DNA of 63,053 nt, the filler included, from Reticulomyxa filosa (taxonomy: Eukaryota; Protista; Foraminifera), in assembly GCA_000512085.1 (NCBI GenBank). It is 16 parts of 16 records of this genome, joined end to end, with 100 filler letters (N's around TTAATTAATTAA, not from the genome) between each part and the next. Parts side by side here need not be neighbours in the genome. Positions count along the whole stretch, not along the records: positions 52,191 to 53,241 come from ASPP01017132.1; positions 53,342 to 61,091 come from ASPP01019880.1; positions 61,192 to 63,053 come from ASPP01045219.1; 13 more parts are not named here. One strand, given 5' to 3'. The translations under genes and the position numbers were made by a program. This document shows positions 52,233 to 63,053 of this stretch, piece by piece (position 1 is the stretch's first letter; each line of letters opens with the position of its first letter). The notes beneath the pieces are model-generated. The model ran no database searches and had not been told where the DNA came from. It was given only the letters and a program-made list of their open reading frames with translations.

Positions 52233-52960
52233 GAGTGTCGAAACTTCAGTTTGAGCAACGACTTCAGACAGGTCGTTATTTTCAATATCGTTTTCGTTTT
52301 CTTTCAAAGGTTGTACGTTATCCTCATAATCTTCGTCGTTGAGCTTTTGCTCTTTGTGCTGTTCTTGGTCTTGTTTAGGAGCGATGTTGGCATCTGCAGC
52401 AATACTATCACCAACAAGAGCAGGGACAGCGGCCGCAGCATTGCTTTTTTCAGGTTCTTTGTTTTTATTGTCAGTACTAACAACAGCAAGTTTGGACATG
52501 GCCAAAAACTTTTCCGAACTTCTTCTTCGTTGTTCGTTTTTGGCGAGTTGTTCTTTGTCAATGTGTGTTTTGCATTCATCCAAACGCTTGATGGCCTCTT
52601 TGAAATTGGGATTGATTTTGATGACCGTTTGAAAAGCGCTAGCCGCATTCTTGTATTTACGCATGTTATACAAAACTAATCCGCGCAAGTAATGGCCTTT
52701 GATGTATCTCGACACGGGATCTAATTCCCGAATATGTTGGCAATCCTCCAATGCTTTTTCATATTCCTTCGTCTTTAGATACATTAACACACGATTGCTG
52801 TAATACACTTTGTTCGTCGGATGCAATTCTATTGCTTTACTTAACAATGCAATCCCATTGCGGATATCTCCTTTTTTGTACTGTTCACTTCCTTCCTCTT
52901 TTAATCTCTCTGCCTCCGTCCATTGTTTTTCCAGTTCTGGATCTTCTCGAAATTCTTCAT
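52225..52960 (-). CDS. TPR-domain protein fragment (co-chaperone-type carboxylate clamp)
   Basis: AERLKEEG..YKKG..LSKAIELHPTNKVYYSNR..YEKALEDC..YIKGHYLRG..AFQTVIKINPNF. Confidence 0.88.
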
Positions 52961-53199
52961 TTCATTGCCATATCAAAGACAAATTTGGGAGGGTGGGAGC
53001 GAGGGGAAATTTTTTTTTTGTTTTTTTTTTTTAATAAAAAAAAAAAAACGCAACATACAAACACAATCACAAAATTTGTATATGTCATCCAAAATAGCGG
53101 GATATCGCAACATAAAAAATAATTAAAAAAAGAAATTTCTTTGAGTTTCTGGGACCCAATGTCCGGAAGCAAGGGGAAGAGAATTTTTTTTTTTTTTAA

Positions 53200-53241
<42 letters not shown>

Positions 53242-53544
53242 NNNNNNNNNNNNNNNNNNNNNNNNNNNNNNNNNNNNNNNNNNNNTTAATTAATTAANNN
53301 NNNNNNNNNNNNNNNNNNNNNNNNNNNNNNNNNNNNNNNNNAAAAAAAGGACTAGAGAATAAAAAAAAAAAAAAAAAAATGACCACATTGTATTATCCAC
53401 AGACAAATAAACCATCAAAAAGAAAAGAAAAAAAAAGGAATAAAAATCACTTTATACATTGATAGTCGCAATGACTAACTTTGCTACAACAACGAATGGT
53501 AAGAAAATAAGAGTAATTAGTGGGAATGTTCTTGACAACACCAA

Positions 53545-55361
53545 CTAAGAGATGATTGACAAAGAAGGTGATTTCCCTGTTGTCGCAATCCAACAACAGG
53601 ATAATGGTGTCTCCATTTCTCCATTTGGTCTCAGTGAAGTGATGTTGATGTTGTTGATGTTGTTGATGTTGTTGATGTTTGATCGCAACTTCTTTTTTCT
53701 AGCTGTGTCTGTGATTTGCATTTGGTCATGAGATCCAGAGATGGGCCCTTCTTTTTCATAACACTCGTCATCCATGTAACAGCGTCGGTAGTTCTCAAAG
53801 CCGTTGTAATGATACAACTTGCCGTTGCTCATCAAATAATACGACAATCCAATGTCCGGACATTGGCTCAAGTGCAAGGACTTGGCATTGGCTACGTCCA
53901 CGCATTTGGGGTTGGTGAGAAACCCGATTTGATTTGACAAGTTCGGGCACTTTAAGCGGCATTTGATTTTGAAAAGTGTTTGCCAGTGTCGAATCCATCG
54001 CGCAAAATGCAGAGATTGCCAAGTCGGCTGCAGTGCAAGCTTGTGCCGTCGTCACTGCCGCGAATCCGTCGGTTTTGGTCGGACAGGTCGAGGTCGTATT
54101 TATTCGCAAAATAAGCAAATGGGCAGAGTTCGGCGGGAATTTGCAGCTAATGTGTATATCAAGATAGCATAAAGAGTATATATATACATATATATATATA
54201 TATTTATATATGTATATATATATTGTATATGTACATATACATATTATATATATATATACACATATATATATTTATATACTGTATATATTTATATATGATA
54301 TTATATTCCCACTAAGTTAATTGATTGACCTTGTTTTGCCACCATACATTCAATAAACGCGAGCTTGAGGAGGTATAGTCGATGAGCGTGGAGTTGTTTC
54401 TAACAGCCATGGGTGCGACGGTCGTCTTCTTTATCGCGGTCTCATCCATGCCGCCATTTGTGCTTTTGAAGCTTACATGTTCGGCTGTTGTTGCTGTTGT
54501 TGTTGTTATTGTTGTCATCGCTGTGTTCATCGTGGTCGCCGTCGATACCGAAGATGCGGCAATGGATGACGTATCCGTGCTGGTGGACAGACTGACGCTC
54601 AATTCCTCCGCGCGGCTGTTGCCGAAGCCGTTGTCACTCCAAGACATATGCGAGTTGTGTGGGGGGTTGGTACACACGTCGTTGCCATTCGATTGCTGTC
54701 GCAGACGTTGCAACAAGTGCACGTCCCCTTCCATCGCCGTTCTGAATCGCTCTTGGATTTGCGACATTGACTTTGTCGTCGGCGAACGTATCACTTTGAA
54801 CTCGTCGTGTTTGTGTTTGTCTGAATTATTATTGTCATCACGACGACTATGAGAACGAACATGATTATTATTATTATTATTATTATTATCATGTTGATCA
54901 GTATTATGATCATTTTGATCATTTTGATCATTTTGGTCATTACCATCGTCGTAATTGGGTCTCGGTGGTGGTACTGGGACAGGTGGCGGAGGTACGCTTC
55001 CTTCGACACGGACAATCAACTCTTCATTATCCTCTTTGTCTTCACACACGGCGACGGACGTGGCCGAGGTGGTCGTGTACGCCAGTGCAAAGTTGGGATG
55101 CGAATGCACGCGCGCATGATGTAGTTGCGATTGTGCGCGCGAAGGATAATGCGAATGGTGTGACGCATGTGGTACTTGAGTGTGCGTCAACGCAGCTGTC
55201 AATGCAGAAGAAGAAGAAGAAGAAGAAGTGGTGAGGTCTCCTTTTGATAAAGAAGAATACAACACATCATCTTCATTAGACAACGATAGTGCCCACACAT
55301 TGGTATCTTGGACATTGCTCGAATTTCCGTAAGGGTTTTTTTTTTTCATTCGCAGCTGTAA

Positions 55362-55397
<36 letters not shown>

Positions 55398-56080
55398 ACA
55401 GGATGGCACTTGGACGTGTCCCCATTTTCATAGTGGTGACCACAATATCACCAAAATGCTTCATCTTGGCCAACAACTTTGCATACTTTTTTTTATCGTA
55501 TGTAAACCACAGATCGACTGATCGCAATCGAAGTGTCGTGTCCATTTGCTTGCCATGTGTCTTCACTGATTTCTCAATCTCCAACATCTTCTCTTTGCGG
55601 ATCTTTCTGTCATTCACTTCCTTGGCCGGATACGTCACCGCGTCGGTCATTACTTGGTTTTGCAGTTGCATGTTTTCTCTCAAAAATGACAGGTGCGATT
55701 TAATTTGGTCCATTTGCTTGTCCAACAGCGCTCGCCGTTGAGATGACAACTCCTCCAATTTATTCATGCATTCCTTCTTCCTCGCTTGCAAACTCGACTC
55801 CAACTCATTAAAGACTGCCTCTATTGTCTCCAATTGCTCGTTCATATCACTTTGGCCGCTCATCTGCGTCTTCTCCTTTTCCACTTGCTGCATTATCTCC
55901 ATCCAGTGCCCGTATTGCTTCGACAAACTCTCCATCGCTCGTCTCTCCTCTTTGCTTGGATTTATTATCACCAAGTACGAGTTCCCATGCATTTTTTTTT
56001 TTTTTTTCTTTCAAGTCTTTACCAAAACGCTTTGGAAGGGTCTACTCAATGCGCTGCGCGAAGTACTCAACAGTTGTATA
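53545..56080 (-). CDS. TRIM-like coiled-coil (BBC) + low-complexity linker + SPRY/B30.2-like protein
   Basis: BBC-like IEAVFNELESSLQARKKECMNKL. SPRY-like GFDTGKHF[F]KIKC..NQIGFLT..SYYLMSNGKLYH. Frameshifts at homopolymers ~55340 and ~53973. Confidence 0.6.
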
Positions 56081-56583
56081 TAAATAATGCTAATGTTTCT
56101 TCTATTATCTATCTAAGGGATCTTCAAAAAAAAAAAAAAAGTCCCAGGGAGTAAATGTGCCGAATTGACACTGTTGAACATATACATATATAATGAAAGC
56201 AACAATATGATAATAAAAATAGCGAGGATAAGGATATTCTCATATTATAGCCAAGGCAAAAGTCTCATCCGATGTACAAACTCGCGAAAAAAAATCGGAG
56301 ATGTTTCAAATTTGATATGTTGTAACATTTCACAAAATTCAACTATCAAGCTTTAGTTCCCTTTTGCCTTTAGTATACCTTCGTTTTATTTCTACTAATG
56401 ATTACCCACATGCTTCTTCAAAACCTTTCAGTGTTGATGTTGTATTACATTTTATTCAAATAAATAAGTGAACTTATTGAAGCTTGTTCAAAAAACCCAA
56501 TTGCATCAATCTCTTCCTTCGTTTTTTCGTTTTTTAAAAGGGTTACGTTCCCCCTTTTTAAAAAATATAGCAACATTCATAAC

Positions 56584-57897
56584 ATGAGCAATCACAATAC
56601 AATACAAAAAGCTTTTGAACAAACTCAATATATTATTTCAACTCCCTTTCAAGATTTGAAAAATTTGCCCACTCCACTCGACCAACCTCAATGTGTACTA
56701 CACAAACACGAAATCCTCATTTGTGGAAGTCAATCTAAAGGAACTTGTTACTCTTATCATACGATTAAAAACAAATACAAGTTTATCTGTACATATCCAA
56801 GTGATGTTTATTTAGAAGGACATTGCGTAGTGAAACTGGTAGATAAGGACAAAGACAGAAATGAAATTACTTTGTTATCTTTTGGTGGATGTTATAAACA
56901 TACATTGATGATGAAATATGTAAGTGTTTGGAGTGATGAAAATGAAATGAATGAATTGAACAATTACAATCAATGGATCCCTTTCACAGACAATCATAAT
57001 AATCCAATTACCATTGGAAGAGATGATGATTATTATTGGGGAGTGCGTGCAGTGATTGGCGGAAGAAACAGTAATTTGTTATTTATCACTTATCTTCAAC
57101 ACAACATTAGTGTGTTTGATTTAAATACATTTCAATTTATTAAACACGATACTTTACCAACTAATAATATTAACAATTTAAATATATTTTCATTTATTAA
57201 ACGTGATCCTTTACAAACGAGTGATAATATTTATTATCATTGCTTTGTATCAAAATCAGAAAATGAACAAGAAGTGATAACAACAAATAAAGAAAATAAT
57301 AAGAAAAAAAATTATGAAATGCTGTTGTTTTGTAAAGATACAGGATTATCAATTGAATATGATGAAAATAACAACACTTTTCAATTTCGTCAACTATCTG
57401 TTTGTGATAGTATTGCACAATGCAAAAGTTATGCATATGCGTGTGTCAATGATATCATTTTGTTCTTTGGTGGACATTATTGGGAAGATCATACTAATTT
57501 TGTTTTAAAATTAGTACATAAGTATTCAATTCAAGAAGACAAATGGACGAGCTTTAAAAACACTTTATCCAGTCCGTTATGTAATTGTGCCGCAATACTA
57601 AGTGAAAACAGCATGTACATACATATCATTGGAGGACAAAATGATGAAAAGATCACAGTATCAACTCACATGAAGACAAAAGTGCGTGTATGGGATGATT
57701 CACAGTTGGTAATTTTTTTTTTTTTTTTGTGATCAAACACAAACAAATTATATTGCATTAACTGATTAACAAATAATAAATAGTCAAAAAATGAAATAAA
57801 GTTTGTCATTCAATGGTGGATCCAAACATCAAAGATAAAATTAGGATGGATTGATGATTTTGACACAATCATTTTTAAATACAGTATAACGAAATAA
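56584..57897 (+). CDS. Kelch-repeat beta-propeller protein of an expanded lineage-specific family
   Basis: QCVLHKHEILICG, GHCVVKL, LLSFGG, RAVIGG, ILFFGG..VHKYSI..W, IHIIGG. Intron 57709-57783 is followed by SKNEIKFVIQWW..LGWIDDFD. Confidence 0.9.
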
Positions 57898-59299
57898 ATT
57901 TTAAGGAACACAATTAAATATCTATAAATAATGCCACTTTAATTATAGTTTTGGTTTTGGTTTTTATTTTCTCTTTATTGATTTTGTAAATTTTTTTACT
58001 TGGAAAGATACAAAAAGTCGGTTGTTAAACAATATGATAGCTTTGAGTTTGCTTCTACTTGTCTACTTAACTACAATTAGTAAGATTGTAATAATAGACA
58101 ATTTTTTCTCTATAAAAATCAACATAAGCAAAGACTTTAAAATTATAAAAACTCTTAAACGACAATAAAGTAATAATATCTTTTTGATAAAAATAAGCAA
58201 TTGCAAGCTATGGCATTCAAACTTTAAAAATATTACGTGTTCTATGCATTTATGAAACAAGTCATTAATAAATAATATTATTTATTAATGACACAATTTT
58301 GCTTATAACACTTTTTTTAAACAAGTATTTCCTTTCGCAAAAAAAAAAAAAAATTGCTAAACATCAGCTGATTTTTTTTTGTCAAAAAAGGAAACAACGT
58401 ATAAACAGCTATTGCGAAACATAAAAACAAATCATTGAACTTTTCTTTCCGACTTATCGTACAAACCCTTTTTCAGACTTTGTAGGGCTGCTGAACCTGC
58501 TTTTTTTAAAAATAGCGCTTATCATCAAACTTTGCAGTAAAAAGTTGTTAAGTCGAACGTCAGCAGATTAGATTAGCTTGGCTATCTATTACTACAGTTA
58601 AGATATTCCTTTTTTTTCCTCCGTTTTTCTGTCGTTTCTTAAAAAAAAAATTGTACAAATAACTATAATTCACAGGAAAATTCGTATTTGCAGAAAGTAT
58701 ATCTGATGCAATTATTGAAGAAAGTTAATGTAACAAAACTAGTTTTTCACTGTTCAAAACAAAAAACAACGTAAGTATATAACGTATCTTTTTATTTTTA
58801 TTTAAAACTAGAGACTCGCAATACACACATGCGTCTTTGTGTGTATGTGGGACAAAAAAAAAAACACATGTGTCTACGCAAATAATAAAGCAAGTATCAG
58901 TGGTCATCAAAGTATGATTGCGTGTATCCAAAGTGGAGTCACATACTATATTTTTTTTATAAATTCAAGTTTTTGTAGAACTGGAGGGGGGAGGGTGGTG
59001 AAGGGGAGGAAAAAAAAAGGGACTACTTGACAAAAAAAAAATTAACATCTTTTGAGTAAAAGACGATGCAAAGTTTTTTGTTTTTTTTCACTTATGGCTG
59101 GTTGATTGTACAGACAAGCTTCAAATCCAAACGTATTCGGGTATGATGATTATATTTATGTCTGAAAAAGGATGTATGGACAACATAGGTTTTTACTGGT
59201 CACATAACAAAAAAACATATTATTTTGTTGAAAATGATGTGAACCACATTCGCAACACCAAATACAAACAACAAAAGGTCTTGTGAAGAATGATGCGGA

Positions 59300-60760
59300 A
59301 ACCAGGGCTCAAGTATTCTTTTTTATTTTTATTTTTAAAAATTTACAACAAATATACATTATGTAATTAATATTCGATTGTTATATGATTACTTACCAGG
59401 AGATAAAAAGCAAAGATGATCGCTGCAGTGTGACTATCCATATAACGAAAGAAAACGTATATGGTACGGATGTGAGAGATTGGAGTGCGGGTGGTGTTTA
59501 TTCTAACTTAACAGTATTTTTTGAATAAAATTCAAATGCTACAGCATCAAATAAGTATTGGAATATCAATATCAATGAAAGTCGTAATGTGCAAGTCGTG
59601 TTGATGGATAAAAAAAATGCAGGTGATAAATTAAATTGATTTGTATTTATTGGTAGAATGAACACTTGTGGAGGCATGCAAAACAAAGATACAAATAATG
59701 GGAGTGTCGATAATGATCGATATGCAAAAGAAATTGATTTATTAATGGTCTTTTGTAGCAACATTACAGATTAGAACGAACTGATGATTAAATTGGAAGA
59801 ATTTAATGGAAATATATCATATGTCATATCATATCTTGATTCAAAAAATCGTTCGAGCACAGTTAAGCCAACACAAATTCAATTGAATTATCTTTTCAAT
59901 AAATTTGAAATTTTAATAAAAATAACAAAAAAGGTAACTAACGAAGCAAAAGAAGAAATAAAGTCGCAAAATGAAATAGGACAGGTTCCACAACAACTAT
60001 TTTTGATTTGTATTTTATTGTATTATAAAAATAAAAATAAAAAAGAATAAAAACGAGGAAACAGTAGCAGTGAAGAAAGAAGTAAACGTAAATCAAATTG
60101 AAAAAAAGATGAAAAGGCGGAAGTGGGACAAACAAAACCAGGAGTCAATTTGCAATGCTATTGTACAAATGGAGATTGCTTAGCAGCAAAGGCAAAATTT
60201 CTTGTATGGGTGAATCTTGGATTTGGTGATATATCTTTTATATCAGATAAAACATAGTGTTGGGTTTAGATATTTTTATCCAAGAAAATCCAATTGCAGT
60301 TGAATCAGATTTTCCAAATAAAAATAAAGATGAAATTATTTCGAATAAATTAGATCCAAACATGGAACGTGAAAATAAAAATGATATTATTGATAAAAAA
60401 AATGAAACAAAGACAATAAATGAAATTACTGATAGTTCTGTTTGGGAAAAATATTTCAATGGTGATAGCATTGCTAAATATGTATTAAAAAGAGCTAGTG
60501 ATAACAAATATCAATTTTTACACAAATATTGTCAAGAATATTATTATTACAAAAATCATATTTGATATCATTTCATGAAAACACAATAGCAATAATCAAC
60601 AATTTCTTATCAATATAAATTATTAAATGAAAAAGTTGGAATTATACAATTTATTGCAGATAAAATTTATGATAACAATTTGATATTCATTCAATAGTCA
60701 AAAGTGCATATTACAGCAAATATAGAAACAATAATCAATGTATCAAGAGTTATCATGAGT
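59300..60760 (+). pseudogene. Decayed member of a lineage-specific family (PGVNLQCYC..CLAAK..VWVNLGF motif)
   Basis: Fragments KPGVNLQCYCTNGDCLAAKAKFLVWVNLGFGDISF* and LDPNMERE..SVWEKYFN with premature stops. Confidence 0.55.
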
Positions 60761-60923
60761 TCCAAAACTGTGGTAAAATAAATAGGCGATCCAACTTAAA
60801 GCAAAACAAAAGATCAACGTATAGAACAACAAATATGCTAACATACAACACAATATACAATACAACATATATACAGACAATAGCACCAACGAATAGTCCA
60901 GTAAGATCGATATATTATACAAT

Positions 60924-61091
60924 GTTCAAGGTCCGGGTTATTCCTTCTTGTTATGACTGTCTGATATTCCTGGTCCTGGCTCCATGCTCAGTGTCCGGGT
61001 TATTCCTTTCTATTATGCCTGACTGATATTCCAGCAACGCTGAGAAAAGTTATAATAGTTCAGAGTCCGGGTTATTCCTTTTTGTCATGCC
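60924..61091. repeat. Direct-repeat array with non-matching spacers (3 units, truncated by contig end)
   Basis: 40-bp core GTCCGGGTTATTCCTT....T.ATG.CTG.CTGATATTCC at 60931, 60993 and 61065 (partial), separated by 22- and 32-bp intervals. Confidence 0.85.
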
Positions 61092-61554
61092 NNNNNNNNN
61101 NNNNNNNNNNNNNNNNNNNNNNNNNNNNNNNNNNNTTAATTAATTAANNNNNNNNNNNNNNNNNNNNNNNNNNNNNNNNNNNNNNNNNNNNCACCAAATC
61201 TTTTAAATTTTTTTTTGTCGTAGTTGCAGCTTTACGTATTTCAAACTTCGATTATATATTCCTATTAGTGCATCAAATTAGAGATACAAAGTTTTACTTT
61301 TAATACTGCAAAACTAACAGTATGAGCTTTTTCAGTTTGAGGGGACCGAGAGTGATGCAATCAAAAATACATAACCTTTGAGCTATAATATAAAATAGAA
61401 ATATATAATGAACACATATCTTTGGCAAAATATCAATTTTTATCTGCAACCCAATCGTGACTACAAAGAGTATTTTAGTCAGTTGAGAACGGCGACTTTT
61501 TTCAAAAAAAAAAAAGACGTGAAATAAAACAATATTGCAAAAACACACATTAGG

Positions 61555-62720
61555 TTGGTGTCGCTTATGAATGGATCTACTAAAGGCTATTATAGAGATC
61601 ATATGCAATTGGATAAGAATTTGATGCAAATAATGCGAGCGATATTGAGCGTATCTTTTCCATTCGATTCGTTATTTTATATGGCGCCAGTATTGAGCAG
61701 TCAATATATTTTTCGGCTGTGTTCAACTACATGCTTGCACGTCCCTACCAACCGGGCACGCCGACATTTGCCAAAAAGTATCCCTGGTAAACCCCCCGTC
61801 GAGGTTGTTCCAGAGATTAAGGGTGATGATGTTATGTGTAATACGATAAGAAAAGAGATCGCACCCAATCAAAAAAAAAAAATTAATTTAAGACGGAAGC
61901 AAAAGAAAAGACAAGTGCAACCACAAAGAAGATGGCAAGCACATTTGAAAAAGGGATCCCAAATGCATTGATGGAAAGGAAGGACGTGGTGATGGTGAGC
62001 AACGTGGTATGGGTGTTGCTGCATTGCCTGAGCTACCCAACGAGTATCCAGCAAAACATTCACACACAAGAGTTTGAGGACCGAATGAAAGAGCGATGCA
62101 GGAAGATTGAAGGCAAGGACTGGATCTGCTGCAACTGGCTTAAGCTGTGGATCCTCACGCGTCTCTACGTTTTGCCGTCATTTTGTTCCAACAACTATGA
62201 CTTCATCAACGCAAAGTGAATCGAATACGATGTCTTCTTTGTTTATCGCAAGTTTTTCACGCATTTTTTGGACGAATTCTTGCCAAAGCCGTCTTTCCCT
62301 TTGTTTCGTCTTTTGCTTTACTTAAAAAAAAAAAAGCAAATAAATAAATAAACATATATATTTATTTATTTCTTTTTTTTTTAACTCAGAACGTTGAAAA
62401 CATCAAAGGGACCGACTTCACTCAATCATTTATTGAGATCGTGTCGCACTGTTGGATTCTGCAATCATTCACCCAGCTACCAATTGTTAAGTGTGTGATG
62501 CGTTGTTAACTGGCCTGCAATTCAAATGAATGAATAAATGAAATGAATAAATAGAGCCGACGACGCTCGACTCGTTCATTGACGAGGAGGACAACAACTA
62601 CTTGAATCGCGGTGGCGATGTCGTACTCAATTACGGCAAGGTCCCAAAGGCAAGTTGCGTCCACAGCGATCTCTTGTTCATTAGAAAAGACCTCTTTTCT
62701 TTTCTCAAGCAGATATTTTG
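61555..62720 (+). pseudogene. Intron-containing coding-like sequence with internal stops
   Basis: GC-richer coding text with an in-frame TGA at 62217-62219 and frameshifts. Family not recognised. Confidence 0.4.
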
Positions 62721-63053
62721 TGAAGAATAATATAACGTTTTTATTTTTTGTTTCATTCTACTTTTTTTTAACTTTTTTTTTTTATAGTCTGTTTGGTCAT
62801 TCGTATCATATCTTTGCTTGTGTTTCATTATAAAATATTTGGGTTTTCAAAAGCAACCAAAACCCGGACAAATTAACATATTGGCTCACTAGAGATGCAT
62901 TCAAACACCCTTTGCAAAAACGTTCTACAATTTTCCACACAAGTAAGGCAAAATTTTCTTGTAAGATATCTATCAATTATCAAAGAAATTTTTGAAATGA
63001 TTAAAGTTTTGTTTTTACGTTCATTTGCTTGCTCATCTTCTTTGTCACAAATT

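Noticed and set aside
48390-52960. ATG4, TBC, cytochrome c, RBR and TPR as a functional cluster
   Set aside because: They span three unrelated contigs separated by linkers.
60924-61091. Call as a true CRISPR array
   Set aside because: Only three degenerate, non-palindromic repeats with unequal short spacers, no cas genes and a eukaryotic context. Kept as an unexplained repeat.
62200-62230. In-frame TGA as selenocysteine or an alternative genetic code
   Set aside because: The locus has other disruptions, TGA ends intact genes here (3079, 12227, ATG4), and TGG encodes conserved Trp.

Overview
AT-rich, intron-rich eukaryotic DNA made of 16 short contig pieces joined by 15 artificial 100-bp linkers (N44-TTAATTAATTAA-N44), so adjacency across linkers is meaningless. 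The Kelch-family gene, pseudogene load, low-complexity proteins and homopolymer frameshifts suggest a foraminiferan/rhizarian draft assembly, probably Reticulomyxa filosa (inference). Recognisable genes, many partial: a BTB protein, an alpha/beta-hydrolase-like protein, a PX protein, ribophorin I, a CAP-Gly protein, a CaaX protein, a YEATS protein, an RNI-type LRR protein, a YME1/FtsH AAA protease, a SAP+PADR1 protein, a probable NDC1, BOP1/Erb1, a sphingomyelinase-like EEP enzyme, the mitochondrial phosphate carrier, ATG4, a TBC protein, cytochrome c, an RBR E3, a TPR protein, a coiled-coil+SPRY protein and a Kelch protein. There is also a Tc1 transposase fossil and several pseudogenes. Most worth following up: (1) a ~530-nt cluster of minus-strand hairpins with G-U strand bias (candidate ncRNA locus); (2) introns with U-rich 5' halves and A-rich 3' ends in place of a polypyrimidine tract; (3) a BTB + USP7-UBL1-like fusion; (4) a catalytic-domain-free SAP+PADR1 protein; (5) a dispersed ~195-240 bp TG...CA element family; (6) a short repeat-spacer array cut by a contig end. 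All homology calls come from motif recognition and remembered reference sequences, not from searches.
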